DNA of 64,000 nt. It comes from the human T2T-CHM13v2.0 reference genome, Homo sapiens. The position numbers and the translations under genes were made by a program. Numbering within the stretch: the stretch's first letter is position 1; each line of letters opens with the position of its first letter. Where the stretch lies: assembly GCF_009914755.1 (NCBI RefSeq), contig NC_060940.1; one strand, written 5' to 3'. This document shows, piece after piece, positions 52,902-64,000 of the stretch. The notes beneath the pieces are model-generated. The model made no database searches, was not told the origin of the DNA, and saw nothing but the letters and a program-made list of their open reading frames with translations.

Positions 52902-53426
52902 AGGCTTGGAGGTCCCAGCAGACCTGGGCTCTAGAGACTCCAGCTCTACACCTCTGTTCCCATTTTCTCCAGGCCTGCCACATCCTCCCTCCCACCTCCT
53001 CCTGGTAGCCCCCCAACACACTTGACTTGCTCCTAATCTGCGGTGCCATCTGCTAACTGGATGGTGAGCAGAACAGCCCAGGGAAGGCTGGGGGGGTTTA
53101 TAAATTGACTTCCCATGGCAGGCCTGGCCTTTGCCTTCAGGTTGGGGTCTGTGTCTGGAAAGTGAGCAGGTCTTGAACTTACTGTAAAAATCCCAGCCTG
53201 TGTTGCTGCACCCAGGATCAGTCCTTGGAGCCCGAGGCTGTTGACTTTGGTGTGGTCAGGCCCAGAGCTGTGTCCTCCTCGCAGCTCTCTGCCCTCAGTT
53301 TCCCCACCAGCTGAGCAGGGGTGCCCAGGCCACTTCTCAGGAAATTACATTTGAGAAAGTGCCTAGAAGAGTGGAACACATGCTGTGTTCGTGAAGGCTT
53401 GTGATCACTGTTAAGAAAATACGAGC

Positions 53427-53900
<474 letters not shown>

Positions 53901-53922
53901 CTAGGATGTCAATGTGGATTAA

Positions 53923-54633
<711 letters not shown>

Positions 54634-54780
54634 TGAAGCCTTGAACCTATCTCTGGGGTATCTTGGCAATGATCAGAGCATCTTCATGGCAGTGGGCGTG
54701 GTGGGGTCAGACCAGGCTCCTTGGGTCCCTTGAAGGCCCAGATTCATGAGTGTGAAGATCCTACAGGACAAATCTAGGAG

Positions 54781-54812
54781 TGATGATGATGATGATGATG
54801 ATGATAATGATA
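54781..54812. repeat. (GAT)n microsatellite
   Basis: Read directly. Confidence 0.9.
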
Positions 54813-55346
54813 CCAGTAACTGACTTCCCATGTGCCCCGCCCTTTGCATGCCAGTCCTATCATTGTCATTTTCCCTATTTCACCAAGGAGAAAATGGGGG
54901 CTCAGAGACGTTAAGTGACCTGCCCAGGGTCACACAGCCACTGAATGGTGGAGCCAGGCTTTGAGCCCAGGTCTGGGCTGTTAACACCTGCCTTGAACTG
55001 AGATCCTCACAGATGTACTTCCTCCCAGTGGCCCCGTTTGAGGCAAGCTGTTCACAAATGGCCAAGGGACTTGGTCCAGCTCACAGCCACTCGAGGCTTG
55101 AGATCCAGGTCTCCGATCTAAGGAGGACATTGTGATCTTGGTCACTCAAGCTCTCTGCGCCTCTGTAAAATGGCAACGACAACAAAAATAATAGTAATGC
55201 CTGCTCGTAGGTTATTGTAAAGTACTTATCATGGCTCCGGGCACACCTTCATTGTCATCATTATCATTGCATAATGAAGGGACAGCTGCCCATCATCTGC
55301 AGCACCTCGCCCTCTGCAGAGGTGGGGCTGGAAGAGGACAGAGTAA

Positions 55347-56026
<680 letters not shown>

Positions 56027-56425
56027 TAGGGCGGGTCCCTGGGTGACTGCTACAAACACCTGAAGGTGTCATTAGACTGGGGTCTCTAGCCAGAAGGGAA
56101 AAGGAGCTATCAGCAAACTCTTGAAGGAAGCAGCCCCCTCCGACTTGACAAACACCTGCAGTCCCCACCCCAAACTCCCACCTGTGCCACCAGCATCCTG
56201 TCCGCAACTCCACCATTCAAGCTCTACCCGAAGCCATCCATCCCCCAGTCATGCTCTTTTACTGTCTTTATGGTAGGGCGGGGAGGGTGGAGGGGGTGAG
56301 CATCCCTGTTTAATAGAAACAGACACCAGGACCCAGGTTGGGGAGGTCACGGAGGGCACCGAGCCGGGGCTGGAGCTCAGGTGGCCCCAGGGGAGGGGAA
56401 GTGGCAGGTCCCAGCCTAAGGGTGA

Positions 56426-56695
<270 letters not shown>

Positions 56696-58083
56696 TAAGA
56701 GGCTAAGTCTTGAGGGGTGAGACCCCACCTGGGAGGAGACATCGGGGGGCCATGTGATCCTTCCCCTTCCCACCTCCAGGCAGGGTGGCTCCCAAACCAT
56801 GTCAGGCAGCAGAGCCTTCTGCTTTGTTAGAAGAGAACTTACCTGTTCCCCCGGTCTGCGTTCACATGTCCTGGCAGCTAGCATCCCCCTCCCCAGGCCT
56901 AAATGAACCCCAGAACACCTTTGGAGCATGGGACAAGCTGACTGGTCTCTCCTTGGGATGGGATACCAATGGCTGGTCAGTATCCTCATAGGTATATAAA
57001 CTAGACAAACCTAGTTCCAAGGGCCTAGGGCTTCTAGACTCCTTGGGCTTCAAGGTGGTAGATGTCTTAAGAGAAAAGAGCCCAGGTAATCGGTTCATTA
57101 GATCAACTTCCTATCCAGGCTTTGCCATGTGCCAGCTGTGTGACCTTAGACAAGGTACTTCACCTCTCTGAGCCTCATTTTTCTCATCTGCAGAATGGGA
57201 GCAATAGTGCCTAACAGGTGTGTCTCAGATGGGCAGGAAGAGACCACCTGTGCAGGAAGACCTACATGCATTCATATATGCACACACACTCATATGTGCA
57301 CACATACTCACATGTGCACATGCCCAATACTTGCCTAATTTACTTAGCCATGGAGGCAGAACTCGCGAGGAGAGAGGTGGCCACACCAAGCACGGGCAGT
57401 GGCCATGCTGCAACATGATGTCCCCTGGCCCCTGCTCCCTATGCAGGAGTGGGATGGGGGTAGACTACTGGCCAGCCTCCCTGGGCTCATGGGCACCCTC
57501 CTGCCAACAGTGAATCCATGCCGTTCAGGCTGGTATCACAGTCCATGAGATTTGCCCTGATAGCCTAGTCACTATTACCCAAGGTAAGCTTTTCAGACAC
57601 CAGGCACTACTGGGTCCTGGACCACATGAAGAGGTGGCAGGGATGGAAAAGTCTGGTCAGACTTGATGTTCCCCGGCCCCGTCTCTGCTTCCTGCTCACC
57701 GGGGCCCAGAAACACATTTCCCTGCAATGTACCCTGATGCAGATTCGATGTCCTTTCATCTGGGGGGGGGTCTGACTTGACTTCAGACTGAGGACCATGA
57801 TCTCAGATGCTCCGGGCAGGGTTCTTAGGTGATTACATGAAATCATGGACAGAGGACCTGGCACATTGGTGCACGTCGTGTTTTGGGATCCCCAGAAGCA
57901 GGCCCCGAGACAAGGATTAATATGTAAAAGTTTATCTGGGGTGCTGGGGGCAGTAGCAGGGGAGGGGAACAGGGAGACAGGGAAGAGGAAGCAGTTCTTG
58001 GGTGGGTTACCACTGGGGTACCAGTGGGGTGGAGCTGTGTTACGGTCTTAGGTGTCCTGGGCCACATTGCAAAATGTATTTCT

Positions 58084-58460
<377 letters not shown>

Positions 58461-58564
58461 CTACTCTCACACTGACCCCCACTGTCTTAAAAGCTGGGCG
58501 CTTACAGTTTACAAGACACCATCCCTTTGAGCTTCACAAAAGGATGGACCCATCTCACAGATGA

Positions 58565-58954
<390 letters not shown>

Positions 58955-58976
58955 TAATATAATAATAGCAGCTCTC

Positions 58977-59339
<363 letters not shown>

Positions 59340-59579
59340 TCATACATTGCTTACCATCTGTAGGGGTTTTCCAGTCTTTTCCTTCCCCAGTTTTACAGGA
59401 ATCAGGAGCCTGGTTCTTCAGAGAAAGAGAATTGCCCAAAGTCACAGCTAGGGCTGTCACAGACAGTGCTGCAGGTTGCACACTGCATAACTCTAGGAGG
59501 CACCATTCATATCATAGATTTCATATATTTGCATGTTTATGATGGAAAACTTCTGGCAGATGGCAATAAAGAGGCTTGA

Positions 59580-59886
<307 letters not shown>

Positions 59887-59935
59887 GAGGAAGACTTTTT
59901 CTAACCAGCTCCAAATTGCCATTGTCTTTTACTAG

Positions 59936-60173
59936 GCCACCTTTTACATAGATCCCAATGTGTATGATGGCCCTGGAGTTGCACCATGAGGCAGCTGTCA
60001 CTAGTGGCAGCCCTGGCCTGACCTGCTGGTGGGGAGCCAGGCAGAATCATGTCCTTCCCCCTCCATCTCACCCCCTTGGCACCATGGGAGCTGGTGCTGT
60101 TGCTGACATGGGATGTCCTGTGGCTGTATTTGGCCAGAGCTGGATGCTCCTGGTGAAATGCCAGCCAAAGCAG
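59936..60173 (+). other. Latent 238-nt pseudoexon in SLC12A3 intron 13
   Basis: ttttactag| acceptor and cag|gcgtgt near-donor; the C at 60175 is c.1670-191. Confidence 0.85.
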
Positions 60174-60181
60174 GCGTGTGA

Positions 60182-60775
<594 letters not shown>

Positions 60776-61074
60776 TGAGCTTCCAGGGCCTGCTTCAGCC
60801 TCTTCCCTAGGGCTGTCCCCCAAGAGGGGCCAGCAGGCTGCTGTGCACACCTAGGCCTCAGAGGTGGCTGAGGGCTGGTTGTGTGGATGGCAGGCAGACA
60901 AAGCTTGGACTCCGGGCAAGGTCTCTACTTGGCTGCAGGCAGGGACCCTGGGGTGGCAGCGACCTGAGGGCAGGAAACAGGACTCTAAGAAAGCCTGGGA
61001 TTCTAAGTGTCAACCTGGGCTTCTAGGCCATTGCAAAGGTTTGGCAAGGCAGGAGGATATCGTGTGGAGCTTGA

Positions 61075-61384
<310 letters not shown>

Positions 61385-61544
61385 TGATGTGTAACTTTTC
61401 AACGTGCAGCCACACAGTCCGCAGGCCTCCACCTTGCAGGCTGCCCATCCCAGGTGGCCCTGCTCCCACGGGTGCCCGGTGCCTAGAGAAGGCCGACATT
61501 ACCTCTGTCCCTCCACGTGTCTGGTTTCCTCTAGTGATTCCTAA

Positions 61545-61682
<138 letters not shown>

Positions 61683-62540
61683 TGAGCAGAGCTGCTGGGA
61701 CCCACCTGGGACCCCAGGGCCAGTGATGGCTCCACCCTGGGAGTTTCCAAGCCTAGACCTGTCACCTGACCCAGGCAGACCCAGGGTATGTGCAGCCTCC
61801 ACTCAGAGAGGGAACAGACATGGAGGAGCCACCCAGCCACCACAAGACAGGGGTGGACATATCCTGATGGGGACCAAGCAAGTCAAGGGGCCTCTCCATG
61901 CCTTGGTTTCCACAGTGGAAACGTGCTTTGGTGTTGAGGTGATTGTTGCTGCAGCTCCCATCACAGTATCGCCGGAGCCAATGGTGACGAACCTCCCCTG
62001 GGTACCCTTCAAAGCTCATTCCCCTCTTTGTAGAGGAGGTTTATGCACCTGCCATCCTCTTCCCACCAGATCCTAATAATTATTGGCAATATCTATTTAT
62101 GTCATGCTTACTATGAGCCAGGTGCTTGCAAAGTGCCTTACACAGCCTTACAAGAACCGGCTGAGGTCCAGGAAATTACTAACCCAGTCCCAAGAACACT
62201 GAGGCACAGAGAGGTTAAGTAACTGGCCCCAGGTCACACAGCTGGCAAGTGGCCGATTAAGTCTGGCTCCAGTTGACTCAGGTCATGGCCCTTGACCACT
62301 GCCCTCTGCTACCTCTCGACGCAGAGGCTGAGTCACCTTCCCGGGTAACTGATGAGTTTGTAAGTGACAGGTTTCCTCACTCCCAGGCTTTGTTCTTTCC
62401 CCCACCATGCTGGGCTAGGCAGGGCAGGGGACATGCATGGGGGGTAGCATTTTGTGGCCTGAGCAGGAAGGACCAGGGAGACTAGTGTGGAGGTCACCAA
62501 AAGAGCAGGAAGAGCCCCAAAAGTCACCCTGGATTTATAG

Positions 62541-63209
<669 letters not shown>

Positions 63210-63212
63210 TGA

Positions 63213-63823
<611 letters not shown>

Positions 63824-64000
63824 AGAGCCCCAACTTTCTTATGTCTCCAGATGTGCTGGTTCTGGGCACTTTCTCGGAATGCCCAGGACCTGGGAAACTG
63901 ACTTGGAAGCCTGTGGGGGCTTGTGTCACCTTGGCCAATTCTAACTCTTGGGGGCACTGGGAGGGATGTAGGGTGTTGGTGACCAAGCGAGAACTAGAAT

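Overview
Human (hominoid) genomic DNA from the NUP93-MIR138-2-SLC12A3 locus (16q13); all three genes lie on the + strand. Positions 10-20910 hold the last 15 coding exons of NUP93 (exons 8-22, about codons 219-819; stop TAA at 20908-20910; AATAAA at 21046). An Alu/L2/MER-rich interval follows and contains the pre-miR-138-2 hairpin (34837-34920). SLC12A3 (thiazide-sensitive NaCl cotransporter NCC, the Gitelman gene) has its TATA box at 41495 and ATG at 41555, and exons 1-17 run to 63410, with the gene continuing past the window. Every exon was checked by hand for AG/GT boundaries and frame continuity. I found no prokaryote-type system or new protein-coding gene; nearly all other ORF-track entries are Alu or antisense artefacts. 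The best candidates for something undescribed are (1) an ungapped 87-bp non-Alu inverted repeat (79/87 identical) in SLC12A3 intron 8, with a fold-back palindrome at one end; (2) a sense-oriented HERV-E-type LTR2 carrying a hypoxia element and a polyA signal about 320 bp upstream of the SLC12A3 TSS; (3) clues to how miR-138-2 is transcribed and processed; and (4) an inverted AluY pair around NUP93 exons 17-20 that could yield a stop-free 438-nt circRNA. A known latent 238-nt Gitelman pseudoexon is also visible. Repeat boundaries and subfamily names were read by eye and are approximate.
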